NCBI RefSeq assembly: GCF_028368995.1
Contig: NZ_JAQNDL010000004.1
Coordinates: 64,001 to 128,000 of the forward strand
Direction of reading: 5' to 3'
Length of the DNA stretch: 64,000 nt
Source of the DNA: Nannocystis bainbridge
Lineage (GTDB): Bacteria; Myxococcota_A; Polyangia; Nannocystales; Nannocystaceae
The translations under genes and the position numbers were made by a program. Below, one piece after another: positions 34,870 to 45,325 of this stretch. Within the stretch, counting starts at the first letter, position 1. The number at the start of each line of letters is the position of its first letter. Under the pieces are notes generated by a model. The model saw nothing but the letters and a program-made list of their open reading frames with translations. It searched no databases and was not told where the DNA came from.

Positions 34870-35685
34870 TCAGAGCTTCAGCTTCATGCCGTCGCGGGCG
34901 GCGACGGTGCCGGGGAACGCCTCTTGGGCGGCCGCCTCGATCTTGCGCAGCATCTCGTCGTCGTGCGCCGGGTCGTGGCTGTAGAGGACGAGCTTGCCGA
35001 CGTGGGCGGCGCGGGCCAGCTTGACGGCCTCGGCGAAGGTGCTGTGGCCCCAACCCTGCTTGCCGGCGCTGTACTCCTCGGAGGTGTACTGGGCGTCGTA
35101 GATCAGCACGTCGGCCCCTTCGGCCAGGTCGCGCAGGGTCTCGTTGATGTGGTCGGGGGCGTGCTCGGTGTCGGTGGCGAACACGATCGACTTGCCGCGC
35201 TCGTCGACGCGGAAGGCGGTGCTCTCCTGCGGGTGCGGCAGCGGGATGTGCCGCAGCGTCGCCTCGGCGATCGTCGTGACCTCTTGCGGCAGCAGGTGAT
35301 GGAAGTGCTTGGTGGAGCCCATCACGTCGAGGCCGACCGGGAAGAACGGCGTCGACATCTGCCGGTCGAGGACCGCGCGCGCGTCCTTGGTGCAGTAGAT
35401 GTGGAGGCGGAAGTCCGGCATGAAGGCCGGCGGGAAGAACGGGAAGCCCTGGATGTGATCCCAGTGTGCGTGGGTCAGAAACAGGTGAATGCACCGCGAG
35501 TGCGCGGCTCGGGTCTGCACGAGGCGGATGCCGAGCTCACGGATGCCCGAGCCCGAGTCGAGGATGACGGTGTCCGTCGTGCTCTCGAGCGAAATCTGAA
35601 GGCAGGGCGTGTTGCCGCCGAACTCTGCGTACCGCGGCCCGGAAACTGGAATGCTGCCCCGGGTGCCCCAGAAAGTCACTTCCAT
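34870..35685 (-). CDS. MBL-fold metallo-hydrolase
   Basis: HxHxDH motif (LTHAHWDHIQG). Confidence 0.8.
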   Translation of the reverse strand: MEVTFWGTRGSIPVSGPRYAEFGGNTPCLQISLESTTDTVILDSGSGIRELGIRLVQTRAAHSRCIHLFLTHAHWDHIQGFPFFPPAFMPDFRLHIYCTKDARAVLDRQMSTPFFPVGLDVMGSTKHFHHLLPQEVTTIAEATLRHIPLPHPQESTAFRVDERGKSIVFATDTEHAPDHINETLRDLAEGADVLIYDAQYTSEEYSAGKQGWGHSTFAEAVKLARAAHVGKLVLYSHDPAHDDEMLRKIEAAAQEAFPGTVAARDGMKLKL

Positions 35686-36074
35686 GGGGCGCTATCCTTC
35701 GCTGGCTGCATGTTTCGCCGATGATAGGGCAGAACAAATTCGGCTGGCAAGCACGGGCCCATGGCACCTCGGAGGTCGGACGGAGATGATATCGCAGTCC
35801 GGCCGCCGAGGGACAGGCGCACCAGGCGTTCGCGAGCCGGATCGCGTGGCGCGGAGAGCCTGCGGGGGAGTCGGGAAACGCCGGGGTTTTTCGCCGTCCG
35901 CGGGGCCCAGGGCGCGGCGAAGCCCCCGGGAGGCCGGCTATGACGGCGAGCCAGGTGGGGGCGACAGCGGCCCACATGGCGCACGGCGCGTGGGGCGGCG
36001 CCGCCGATTTCGCGCGTGGCTGCCGGTTCATGGCGAGGCGCACGGGTTTATTTGCGGGGCCGATCCCCGCCGAG

Positions 36075-37282
<1,208 letters not shown>

Positions 37283-37286
<4 letters not shown>

Positions 37287-37576
37287 GGCGAGGGGTCCTC
37301 CGGGACTTCCGTGGCACCGGCCGCGAGGGCGCCGAAGGTGACGGGCTCGACCGGCGGGCGGGCGGTGAACGGGCGCAGCGCGGCGGGCGAGATCAGGCCG
37401 CGGGCGACGAGCAGCCGCCCGAGCGCGGACAGGCACTCCTTGCCCTGGCACGGCCCGGTGCCGAGGCCGGTGTAGCGCTTGATCTCCTCGACGTCGGACA
37501 GACCGGCGGCGATCGCCCGCTCGATCTCCGTCAGCGTGACGTCCTCGCAGCGACAGACGAAGGTGCGCGCGGTCAT
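37283..37576 (-). CDS. (2Fe-2S)-binding protein, BFD-like
   Basis: CRCEDVTLTEI...GTGPCQGKEC BFD-like [2Fe-2S] motif. Start moved to MTARTF (37576), because the annotated N-terminal extension is encoded by a repeat unit. Confidence 0.7.
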
Positions 37577-37852
37577 GGCAGGGTCCGGAGCGGCAGGGCG
37601 AGCGAGGATGTCCGCGAGGACAGATCGCAAAACGCGAGGATGGGGCGACGTCCGCGGAGCGACGGCGAGGATCGGAGGATGCGCGGCGACGCGAGGCCAC
37701 GCGCGTCTCCGGGGGCTGCCCGTAGGGACAGGTGGTGAGGAGTCGAGAGGTCGAGGCGACGCGGGCGGGACGATGGCGTACGCGAGGCGAGGTCGCGCGG
37801 GCCGGCGGTGGATGTCCGCGAGGACAGGTGGTACGGCCGGCGGCCGGCGGCT

Positions 37853-39154
37853 TCAGGCGCGGGCATGGCTGTCCTTGGGGGCAGGTGAGTCGGCGAGCGC
37901 GCGCAGCAGGGCGGCGGCGCAGCGAGCGACGGTGCCGCGGATCTCGGCCGGGGTGGTGGCGCCCGCGAGCTCGCCCACGGCCCACAGCGTCCACGGCGGG
38001 GGCGGGGCGGTCTGGGCGTCGGCGGCCTCGAGCGGGTGGGCAGCCGGGCCAGCGGCGATCCGGCCGTCGGCGTCGCAAACCGGGGCGAAGCCGGCCCCGG
38101 TGAACTGGATCGGCGCGCCGGCCTGGGCGGCCAGCTCGAACGCGGGGGCGGGATCGGGGGCGAGGGCGACGAGGTCGCAGCGGAGGGTCCGGCCGTCGAC
38201 CAACTGCACGCCCTTGACCCGCCGCGCGCCGAGCAGCTTGCGCACCTGGGCCGGGGCGACTCGCTCGGCCGCCAGCGTGCCGGCCAAAAGCTCGGCCCGG
38301 GCGCCCTCGCCGATGACGACGACGCGGGCGTCGAGGCGACGACCTGTCTGTTCGAGCATGTCCGCGAGGCCACGCGCCGAGACGACCCCGGGCAGGTCGT
38401 TGTTGGCCAGCGGGATGGTCGGCTCGTGGGCGCCGACGGCCAGGACCACGTGGCGCGGGCGCAGGCGGTGGAGCACCGGCGGCTGCTCGGAGGCGGCCGC
38501 CCACAGCCGCTCGTGCGGGTAGCAGGCGAACACGCCGACGCCGGCGAGGAGGTCGGTCGGCAGGTCGGGGCCGGCGAGGGCGGCGGCGGGCCGGCGCTCG
38601 ACCACCAGCGGCGGGTGGCCGGCGGCGGCGAGGGCGGCCGCGAGCGCGCGCCCGGATCGACCTGCCCCAATGACCATGACCTCGGGGACATGGTCGATGA
38701 GACAGGCGGCCTCGGCGGGCGGGGCGTCGGGCAGCTCGCCGAAGCCGGCCAGCTCGCGGGCGACGCCCTGCATCACCTGGTTGGCGATCCGCGGGTAGAC
38801 GACGAGGTGGTGATGGTCGATGCCGCGGCGGAACACCTGGTCGACGAGGGCGGTCGGGTCGAGGCCGCCGTAGGTGTTCTGGGGCTCGACGAACATGTCC
38901 TCGCGGACAGGTGTGAGGCAGGCCCGCTGGTTGGGCCGGCCGTCGACGCGCACGAGGCAGGTGCCGCAGCCGCCGTGCAGGCAGGCGGGGCCGCGCAGCC
39001 GGCGGTACTTGGCGCTGCGGCTGGTGGCGAGCTCGCCGGCGGCGATCAGGGCGGAGGCGACGGTGTCGCCCGGACAGGCGGGGATGGCGGCGCCGTCCCA
39101 GCGGAGCGTGAGCGTCGGCGGCCCGGGCGGCGCGAGCAAGGGTGCCTTGGGCAC
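37853..39154 (-). CDS. NAD(P)/FAD-dependent oxidoreductase with N-terminal 2Fe-2S domain (HcnB/SoxA-like)
   Basis: LTLRWDGAAIPACPGDTVASALIAAGE...CLHGGCGTCLVRVDG, then VMVIGAGRSGRALAAALA. Start is uncertain. GTG 39154 is proposed, with ATG 39274 as the alternative. Confidence 0.7.
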   Translation of the reverse strand: MPKAPLLAPPGPPTLTLRWDGAAIPACPGDTVASALIAAGELATSRSAKYRRLRGPACLHGGCGTCLVRVDGRPNQRACLTPVREDMFVEPQNTYGGLDPTALVDQVFRRGIDHHHLVVYPRIANQVMQGVARELAGFGELPDAPPAEAACLIDHVPEVMVIGAGRSGRALAAALAAAGHPPLVVERRPAAALAGPDLPTDLLAGVGVFACYPHERLWAAASEQPPVLHRLRPRHVVLAVGAHEPTIPLANNDLPGVVSARGLADMLEQTGRRLDARVVVIGEGARAELLAGTLAAERVAPAQVRKLLGARRVKGVQLVDGRTLRCDLVALAPDPAPAFELAAQAGAPIQFTGAGFAPVCDADGRIAAGPAAHPLEAADAQTAPPPPWTLWAVGELAGATTPAEIRGTVARCAAALLRALADSPAPKDSHARA

Positions 39155-39547
39155 GCGCCTGCGATAGCACGCCGGACCGCGGGAGGACACGGGACCCGAC
39201 GCCGGCGCGGCTTGCCCTCGGTCACGATCGCCGGCGCAGGGGCGAGAATTCCGAGGCCGCGACCGGCGATGCACACCCGGTCGGCGCGACCGGAGGGCGG
39301 GGCGACGCGGCGCGGCGGCGGATGCGAGACCGAGGACAGCGCGACGCGGTGCGGGGGTGGATGCGGGCCCCGGTGCGCGCTCGCAGAGGTGGTCACGTCG
39401 GTTCGGGATCGCGGGGCGAGGCGAGCCGAGGCGCCCGGCACTGCGGCGGGCACGGTCTGGCGGCCGCGTCGCGTCTGTGGCGATGTCGGTCTCGCCTCGT
39501 GCAGGGGTATGCGCGCCCGAGGATTCGGACCGCGGGTTCGACCGGGG

Positions 39548-40279
39548 TCAGGCGCGGGGCGGGCGGGCGCCGAATATGGCGGTGCCGACCCGGACCATCG
39601 TCGCGCCTTCCTCGATCGCGACCTCGAAGTCGGCGCTCATGCCCATCGAGAGGTGGACCAGGTCGACGCCCGGGCGCGCGATCGCGGCTTCACGGCGCGC
39701 CAGCTCGCGCAGGCGGGCGAAGTGGGGCCGGGTCTGCTCCGGATCGCCCTCGGGCGGGATCGCCATCAGGCCGACGCAGCGCAGCTCGGGCCGGGCGGCC
39801 ACCCGATCGAGCAGCGCCGGCAGCTCGCTCGCGGTGACCCCGGCCTTTTGCGCCTCGTCGCCGACGTTGACCTCGACCAGGAGCTCGAGCGGGGTGGTGG
39901 CGCCTCGACCGGCGCGCAGGCGCGCGACCTCGCGGGCGAGCTCGTCGACGAGGGTGGGCCGGTCGACGGTGTGGACCAGGGCGCCGACGCCGACGACCTT
40001 GCGCACCTTGTTGGTCTGCAGCGGGCCGATGAAGTGCCAGCGGGGTGGCGTGACGGCGACGTCGACGACCTCGACCTTGGCCACCAGCTCCTGGGCGTAG
40101 TTCTCGCCGAAGTCGCCCAGGCCGGCGTGGCAGGCCGCGATCACGGCCTCGGGCGGCTGCTTCTTGCTGACGCCGATCAGCGTCGGCACCGGACCGGGGC
40201 CGCGCCGGGCCACGGCGGCGGCGACCCGGGCGCGCACGGCGGCGAGGTTGGCGGCGATGTCGTCTGGCGTCAAGGACAT
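39548..40279 (-). CDS. yggS: YggS family pyridoxal-phosphate homeostasis protein
   Basis: MSLTPDDIAANLAAVRARVA...LIGVSKKQP...GENYAQEL. The start codon is embedded in a repeat unit. Confidence 0.85.
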   Translation of the reverse strand: MSLTPDDIAANLAAVRARVAAAVARRGPGPVPTLIGVSKKQPPEAVIAACHAGLGDFGENYAQELVAKVEVVDVAVTPPRWHFIGPLQTNKVRKVVGVGALVHTVDRPTLVDELAREVARLRAGRGATTPLELLVEVNVGDEAQKAGVTASELPALLDRVAARPELRCVGLMAIPPEGDPEQTRPHFARLRELARREAAIARPGVDLVHLSMGMSADFEVAIEEGATMVRVGTAIFGARPPRA

Positions 40280-40366
40280 GGCGTGAAGGACATGTTGGAA
40301 AGAGAAGGTCGAGAGCGCGGAGCCGCGGGGCGATGTCTCGAAGGACATGGCGCGAGAGACAGGTGA
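40272..40366. repeat. cluster of AAGGACATGGCG units
   Basis: aaggacatggcgtgaaggacatgttggaaag ... tcgaaggacatggcgcgagagacagg, overlapping the yggS start codon. Confidence 0.7.
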
Positions 40367-40371
40367 GTCGG

Positions 40372-41337
40372 CTACTGCGGCAGGCAGACGCTCGGCGCGG
40401 CGGCGCCGGCGAAGGTCGGGCCCATGTCGCGGTAGGTGTGGGCGCGCCAGAAGTCGCGCGGGTCCTCGGCGAGCTGCAGGGTGCGGTCGTCGCCGCTGCC
40501 GGTGACGGTGATCGCGGTCTCGAGCCCGTCGTGACGCAGCGGGAACGCCAGGGCCAGGCGATCGCCGCGCTGGCGGAAGGTCAGGGTCTCGGTGGTCCAC
40601 TCGTCGTAGTCGCCGCGGTGGTGCCAGCCGACGCCGCGGCCGTCGATCGCCTGCGGCTGGAACTGGTAGATCGAGAAGCCCATGCCGCCGGTGGCGTAGC
40701 GGACCTCCTCGCCCCACAGGCGGCCGCCGATCCGCTCGGCGGCGGCGGGCTCGGCGGCGATGAAACCTGGCTCGCGGGACAGGTCGATCGCGGCCGGGGC
40801 GGCGGCGGTGATACCTGGCTCTCGGGACAGGTCGTTGGCGAGCGCTCCGGGGGCGCGCGGCAGGTCGCTCGTGGGATCGAAGCAGGGGGCGCCGGTGGTG
40901 GCGGCCGCGGGGGCCTTGAAGTAGCGGGCGCCGGGCTCGCGTGGGTCGTCGTCGAGGACCAGCCAGGTGCGGCCGCTCTGCGCCTCGTAGCGATAGGGGA
41001 CGGTCCGCCGCTCGCCGGTCTTGCGGAAGGTCAGCTCGAGCACGCCGGCGTCGGCCCGGTAGTCGAAGCTGTGGGTGTTGGTGAGGCCGACCTTGCCGTA
41101 GCGGTAGAGGCCGAAGCCGCCCTCGTGAAAGAACCAGAAGCGCATGGGGTCGCCCTCGGCGAGGGCGTCCCAGCGGTGCCACACGCCCAGGAGCTCGGGG
41201 TCGACGGCGTCGGCGGTGCAGCTGTCCTCGGGGACAGGTTGCTCGGCGACCTCGGTCGCCTCGACGGCGATGAACGGGGCCGACAGCGCGAGGACCGCGA
41301 GGAAGTAGACGCTCGAGAAGCAGAAGGGGCGCCGCAT
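40372..41337 (-). CDS. secreted hypothetical protein
   Basis: Signal peptide MRRPFCFSSVYFLAVLALSAPFIA. Contains an internal 13-aa tandem duplication, DLSREPG(I/F)xAAxPAA. Confidence 0.55.
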   Translation of the reverse strand: MRRPFCFSSVYFLAVLALSAPFIAVEATEVAEQPVPEDSCTADAVDPELLGVWHRWDALAEGDPMRFWFFHEGGFGLYRYGKVGLTNTHSFDYRADAGVLELTFRKTGERRTVPYRYEAQSGRTWLVLDDDPREPGARYFKAPAAATTGAPCFDPTSDLPRAPGALANDLSREPGITAAAPAAIDLSREPGFIAAEPAAAERIGGRLWGEEVRYATGGMGFSIYQFQPQAIDGRGVGWHHRGDYDEWTTETLTFRQRGDRLALAFPLRHDGLETAITVTGSGDDRTLQLAEDPRDFWRAHTYRDMGPTFAGAAAPSVCLPQ

Positions 41338-41460
41338 GCCGGGATGGTAGCACGCGCGGCCGCCAGGCCCGCCGGGGCAGGGATGGGAGCAGCCGGCCGG
41401 AGTGCCGCGGCCGGGCCCGGGCGGGATCGAAGGCGAATGCGGCGGGGGCGTGCGAGCGAG

Positions 41461-41701
41461 GCGAAGCACACGAGGCAGCGGCGGCGTTGGCCGCGACGGG
41501 CGTTCGAGAGTCGGCCGCGAGGCGAAGCACACGAGGCAGCGGCGGCGTTGGCCGCGACGGGCGTTCCTGAGTGGGCGGCGAAGCGAAGCACAGAGGCAGC
41601 GGCGGCGTTGGCCGCGACGGGCGTTCCTGAGTGGGCGGCGAAGCGAAGCACAGAGGCAGCGGCGGCGTTGGACGCGACGGGCGTTCCTGAGTGGGCGGCG
41701 A
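41461..41701. repeat. 60-bp tandem repeat, 4 copies
   Basis: GCGAAGCACA(C)GAGGCAGCGGCGGCGTTGGCCGCGACGGGCGTTCCTGAGTGGGCGGCGAA repeated head-to-tail with period 60-61 and more than 95% identity. It lies in the divergent intergenic region between the 40372-41337 gene and maf. Confidence 0.85.
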
Positions 41702-41823
41702 GGCATGCGAGGTAGCGGAGGTCGCGGGAGGCGGGCGAGCGAGGCGAAGCGCACGGGGCCGGGTTCGGTGCGGGAGGGACGCGAGGTTGCGGGCGCGGCC
41801 GCGATCCGGCAGACAGGCGGACC

Positions 41824-42423
41824 ATGACCGAGCTCGCTCCGCCCAGCCCGCCCATCCTCGTGCTCGCCTCGGCTTCGCCGCGCCGGGCCGAACTGCTCCG
41901 CTCGGCGGGGATCGCGTTCACGCAGGCCCCGGTCGACTGCGACGAGGCGTGGCTGCCCGACGAGCGGGCGCCGGCGTACGTCGAGCGGGTGGCGCGGGCC
42001 AAGGCCGACCTGGCCTTGCGGCCAGGTGCAGTGGTGCTGGCGGCCGACACGACGGTCTGGATCGAAGACCAGGTCGCGCCGCTGATGAAGGCGGAGAGCC
42101 GCGAGGAGGCGGCGACGATGCTGAAGCGGCTGGCCGGGCGCTCGCACTTCACGACGACGGCGGTGGCGATCGCCGACACACGCGGGGCGGAGGTCCGCTG
42201 GCACCCGTTCGCGGTGACGACGCGGGTGTGGTTCCGGCCGCTGACGGCGGCGCAGATCGGTCGCTACCTCGACACCCAGGAGTGGCGCGACAAGGCGGGG
42301 GCGTACGGGATCCAGGGGGCGGCGGCGGGGCTGGTGCGCCAGATCGAGGGCAGCTACACGAACGTGGTCGGGCTGCCGCTGGCGGAGGTGGTCGAGCTGC
42401 TCGAAAAGCTCGGCGTCGGTTGA
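41824..42423 (+). CDS. maf: Maf-like nucleoside triphosphate pyrophosphatase
   Basis: LVLASASPRRAELL...AADTTV...AGAYGIQG Maf motifs. Confidence 0.85.
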   Translation: MTELAPPSPPILVLASASPRRAELLRSAGIAFTQAPVDCDEAWLPDERAPAYVERVARAKADLALRPGAVVLAADTTVWIEDQVAPLMKAESREEAATMLKRLAGRSHFTTTAVAIADTRGAEVRWHPFAVTTRVWFRPLTAAQIGRYLDTQEWRDKAGAYGIQGAAAGLVRQIEGSYTNVVGLPLAEVVELLEKLGVG

Positions 42424-42544
42424 GGCGAGGGCGGAGCCTCGGGGGCGCGAGCTGTCGCTGAACCGGGGCCCGGGGACCGATGGGGGTCCGAGCGGCGGGA
42501 GAGGTCAGCCGATGACACGCCGCGGCTCGCCGGCGCTGATGTCC

Positions 42545-42730
42545 CTTCGACCATGTCCAGAAGGACAGCGAGGTCTCCGCGGTCGGCGTACCCGCCGGCT
42601 CGCAAAGTGCTGGCCAAACGGACATGTCCTCACGGACATGTGCGGTTCACGTCGGCGGGCCGAGCTTGTCGCCGACTTCGTACAGGAAATGAGCCGACCG
42701 TGAGGACATGTCCTCGAGGTCAGCCGCGGT
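42545..42730. repeat. GGACATGTCC units interleaved with a 47-bp direct duplication of the adjacent gene's 3' end
   Basis: ccatgtccagaaggacag ... aaacggacatgtcctcacggacatgt-[47-bp copy]-atgagccgaccgtgaggacatgtcctcgaggtcagcc-[47-bp copy, the true CDS end]. Confidence 0.8.
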
Positions 42731-43957
42731 TCACGTCGGCGGGCCGAGCTTGTCGCCGACTTCGCACAGGAAGTGCGAGCTGCTGGCGCCCTTGCCGTTC
42801 ATCGGGAAGGCGAAGTAGCCGGTGAGCACGGGGGGCTGGACGTCCAGCTTCCAGTCGTAGAAGAGCGAGCAGCCAGCGCAGTTGGTGGTGCCGGGCTGAC
42901 CGGCGAAGATCTTGTCGGAGACCCAGTAGGGCTGGTCGAGGTCCGGGTTCGCGGGGTCGGGCTTGAGGGCCCACTGCGGGCAGTCCTCGCTGTTGAGCGG
43001 CTTGCCCACGCAGCTCTGGCCGGGGGTGACGGGGTAGATGCCGAGGATCGAGAGGTAGCCGGCGACGTCGCTGTCGACGTCGAGGTTCGGGGTGTAGTCG
43101 CCGGTGTCGTGGACCGCGCCGAAATCGGTTGCGCTCGCGGCGATGAAGGCGGCCCGCAGGTGCCGGTCGCTGCGCGGCGCGAGCAGCCGCAGGCCCCAGG
43201 TAGCGCACTTCTGCTCGGCCTCGGCCGCGGTGAGCGGCTGGGGCAGGAAGGTGTCGAGGTCGAGCACGGTGCCCGAGGCGTATTTTAGAAAGGAGTAACC
43301 GCCGCCGTCGGCCTCCATGTCGCACCAGGCGGTGAACATCAGGTCTTCGCGGCGGAGGACGTAGAGGCCAGTCGGGACCGCGTCGCCAAACGAGTTCTTG
43401 ATCTCGAGGCACGAGCTGGCGCGGGAGCAGTCGGCGAGGCAGCCGTAGTGCGGGTTGGGGTCGTCGCAGGTCTCGCCCTCGTCGGCCTGGACCATGGAGT
43501 CGCCGCAGCGCGGGGCCCAATCGTCGCAGTAGCGGCCGCACTGGCCGTACTTGCCGTTCTTGTGCTTGCCGTCGTCGCACAGCTCGTCGCCGGCCTTGAT
43601 CAGGCCGTCGCCGCAGACGTTCCAGCGGCAGGCGGAGGTGCACTCGGCGTCGTCGGCGTTGGCCTCGCCCTGATCGCAGAGCTCGGGCGGATCGATCTTG
43701 CCGTTGCCGCACGGGTCGGGCCCGGCGTCGGTGGTCGAGCCGCTGTCACTGTCGCCGTGGCCCGGGTCGACCGTGGTGGTCATGATGCCGGGGTAAGTGG
43801 TCGAGCCGTCGCTGCCGGGGCCGCTGCTGGTCGAGGACGCGGGCAGGGTCGGGTCGTTCTGGCCGGCGTTGCGATCGAGGCAGCCCGCGAGCAGCAGCGC
43901 CAACCCGCAGCGGCCCAAGACTCCGATCTGGACGCGAGGAGAGATGCGTGGGTGCAT
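42731..43957 (-). CDS. secreted lipoprotein with Myxococcus-type Cys-rich repeats and a fibrinogen-like C-terminal domain
   Basis: Lipobox LLAGC. Repeats CGNGKIDPPELCDQG and CGDGLIKAGDELCDDG are TIGR02232-like. The C-terminal LYVLRREDLMFTAWCDMEADGGGYSFL is fibrinogen-related-domain-like. Start ATG 43957. Confidence 0.65.
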   Translation of the reverse strand: MHPRISPRVQIGVLGRCGLALLLAGCLDRNAGQNDPTLPASSTSSGPGSDGSTTYPGIMTTTVDPGHGDSDSGSTTDAGPDPCGNGKIDPPELCDQGEANADDAECTSACRWNVCGDGLIKAGDELCDDGKHKNGKYGQCGRYCDDWAPRCGDSMVQADEGETCDDPNPHYGCLADCSRASSCLEIKNSFGDAVPTGLYVLRREDLMFTAWCDMEADGGGYSFLKYASGTVLDLDTFLPQPLTAAEAEQKCATWGLRLLAPRSDRHLRAAFIAASATDFGAVHDTGDYTPNLDVDSDVAGYLSILGIYPVTPGQSCVGKPLNSEDCPQWALKPDPANPDLDQPYWVSDKIFAGQPGTTNCAGCSLFYDWKLDVQPPVLTGYFAFPMNGKGASSSHFLCEVGDKLGPPT

Positions 43958-44118
43958 GCGGCTCGTCCCGACGCAGGAAGAGAACAATGGGCGCGACCGA
44001 ATTGCAATGCTTGCACACGCAAGCACCGCACGTCGCGGCGCCGCCGGGCTCGGCCGTCAGCAGCCGCGAGGACAAACCCTTGCTGACGAGAGTGCGAGCT
44101 GGCTTACAAAAATTGCAG

Positions 44119-45318
44119 TTACTCGTTCGGGGTCGTCACGCGCTGCGGCTGGACACGAGAGCCGCGGAGCATGTCCTGGAACGGGTTGTCGTCGCGCCAC
44201 ACGTCGCCGGCGAGCATGCTGATGAGGCCCTTGCGCAGCATCGGGTCGGGGGTGCGGGCGAAGAACAGGTGCGACACCATGCGCGTGTGATAAAAGCGGC
44301 GGATCAGCTGTTCGAAGCTGACGTAGGCGACTTCCATCGACGCGTGCACGGGGGCCATGAGATCGGCCGCACCCTCGCGCCCAGCGGCGAGCGCGGGGAC
44401 GAGGGCGTCGACGGTGCGCTCGGCGCCCAACATCGCCAGCGAGACGCCGGAGGAGAACACGGGATCGAGGAAGGCGCAGGCGTCGCCGACGCAGGCCCAG
44501 CGCGGGCCGGAGGGGCGGGTGTTCTTGTAGCTCCAGTTGCGGATCGTCCGCGTGTCGCTGCGCCGGGCCCCGGCGGTGAGGCGGCGACACAGCGGGGAGG
44601 CGGCGAGCGCGGCCTCGAAGGCGTCGTCGTCGAGCTTGCCACGCCACTTGACGAGGCCGACGCTGAGGCGCCCGCCGTGCATCGGGATCAGCCAGTGCCA
44701 GCCGTCCTCGACGATCAGGACCTTGATGTTGCCCTGGTCGCCGAGCTCCTGGCGGACGTCGGGGGCGAGGTCGTCGAAGTGACAGAAGACGGCGGCGCGC
44801 CCGAGCTCGTGCAGCGGGGCGATCGTGCGGGCGCCGCGGCCGAGCATGGCGTCCTGGCCGGTGCAGTCGAGGAGGAAGCGGGCCCGGTGCTCGCCGCGGT
44901 CGCTGGTGACGCGCACGTGATCGTCGGCGATGGCGATGTCGGTGACGCGCTCGCGGAAGCGGATGTCGGCGCCGCGGCTGACGGCGACGTCGGCGAGCAT
45001 CTTGTCGAAGGCGGCGCGGTCGACCTGCCAGGCGTGCGCGGGGGTGCCGTCGAGGCCGTCGGCGAAGCTGAAGAACGCGTACTCGCCGGTGCGCTCGTCG
45101 ATGAACTCGGCGCCCTGCTTGTACTGCCAGCGCGTGCGATCCATGGCGACGCCGAGGCGGGCGAAGATCGGCAGGTCGATCGGCAGCAGCGACTCGCCGA
45201 TGTGGAAGCGCGGGAACACGTCCCGGTCGAGCGTGACGGCCCGGACGCCCGCCTGCGCGAGCAAGTTGGCGGCGGTCGAGCCGGCCGGGCCGGCCCCGAC
45301 GATCAGGACGTCGTGCAT
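44119..45318 (-). CDS. FAD-dependent halogenase (flavin-dependent, Trp-halogenase family)
   Basis: GAGPAGS FAD motif, halogenase WxWxIP motif (GWHWLIPM) and FxDPxFSxG (FLDPVFSSG). Confidence 0.7.
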   Translation of the reverse strand: MHDVLIVGAGPAGSTAANLLAQAGVRAVTLDRDVFPRFHIGESLLPIDLPIFARLGVAMDRTRWQYKQGAEFIDERTGEYAFFSFADGLDGTPAHAWQVDRAAFDKMLADVAVSRGADIRFRERVTDIAIADDHVRVTSDRGEHRARFLLDCTGQDAMLGRGARTIAPLHELGRAAVFCHFDDLAPDVRQELGDQGNIKVLIVEDGWHWLIPMHGGRLSVGLVKWRGKLDDDAFEAALAASPLCRRLTAGARRSDTRTIRNWSYKNTRPSGPRWACVGDACAFLDPVFSSGVSLAMLGAERTVDALVPALAAGREGAADLMAPVHASMEVAYVSFEQLIRRFYHTRMVSHLFFARTPDPMLRKGLISMLAGDVWRDDNPFQDMLRGSRVQPQRVTTPNE

Positions 45319-45325
45319 GACCGGG

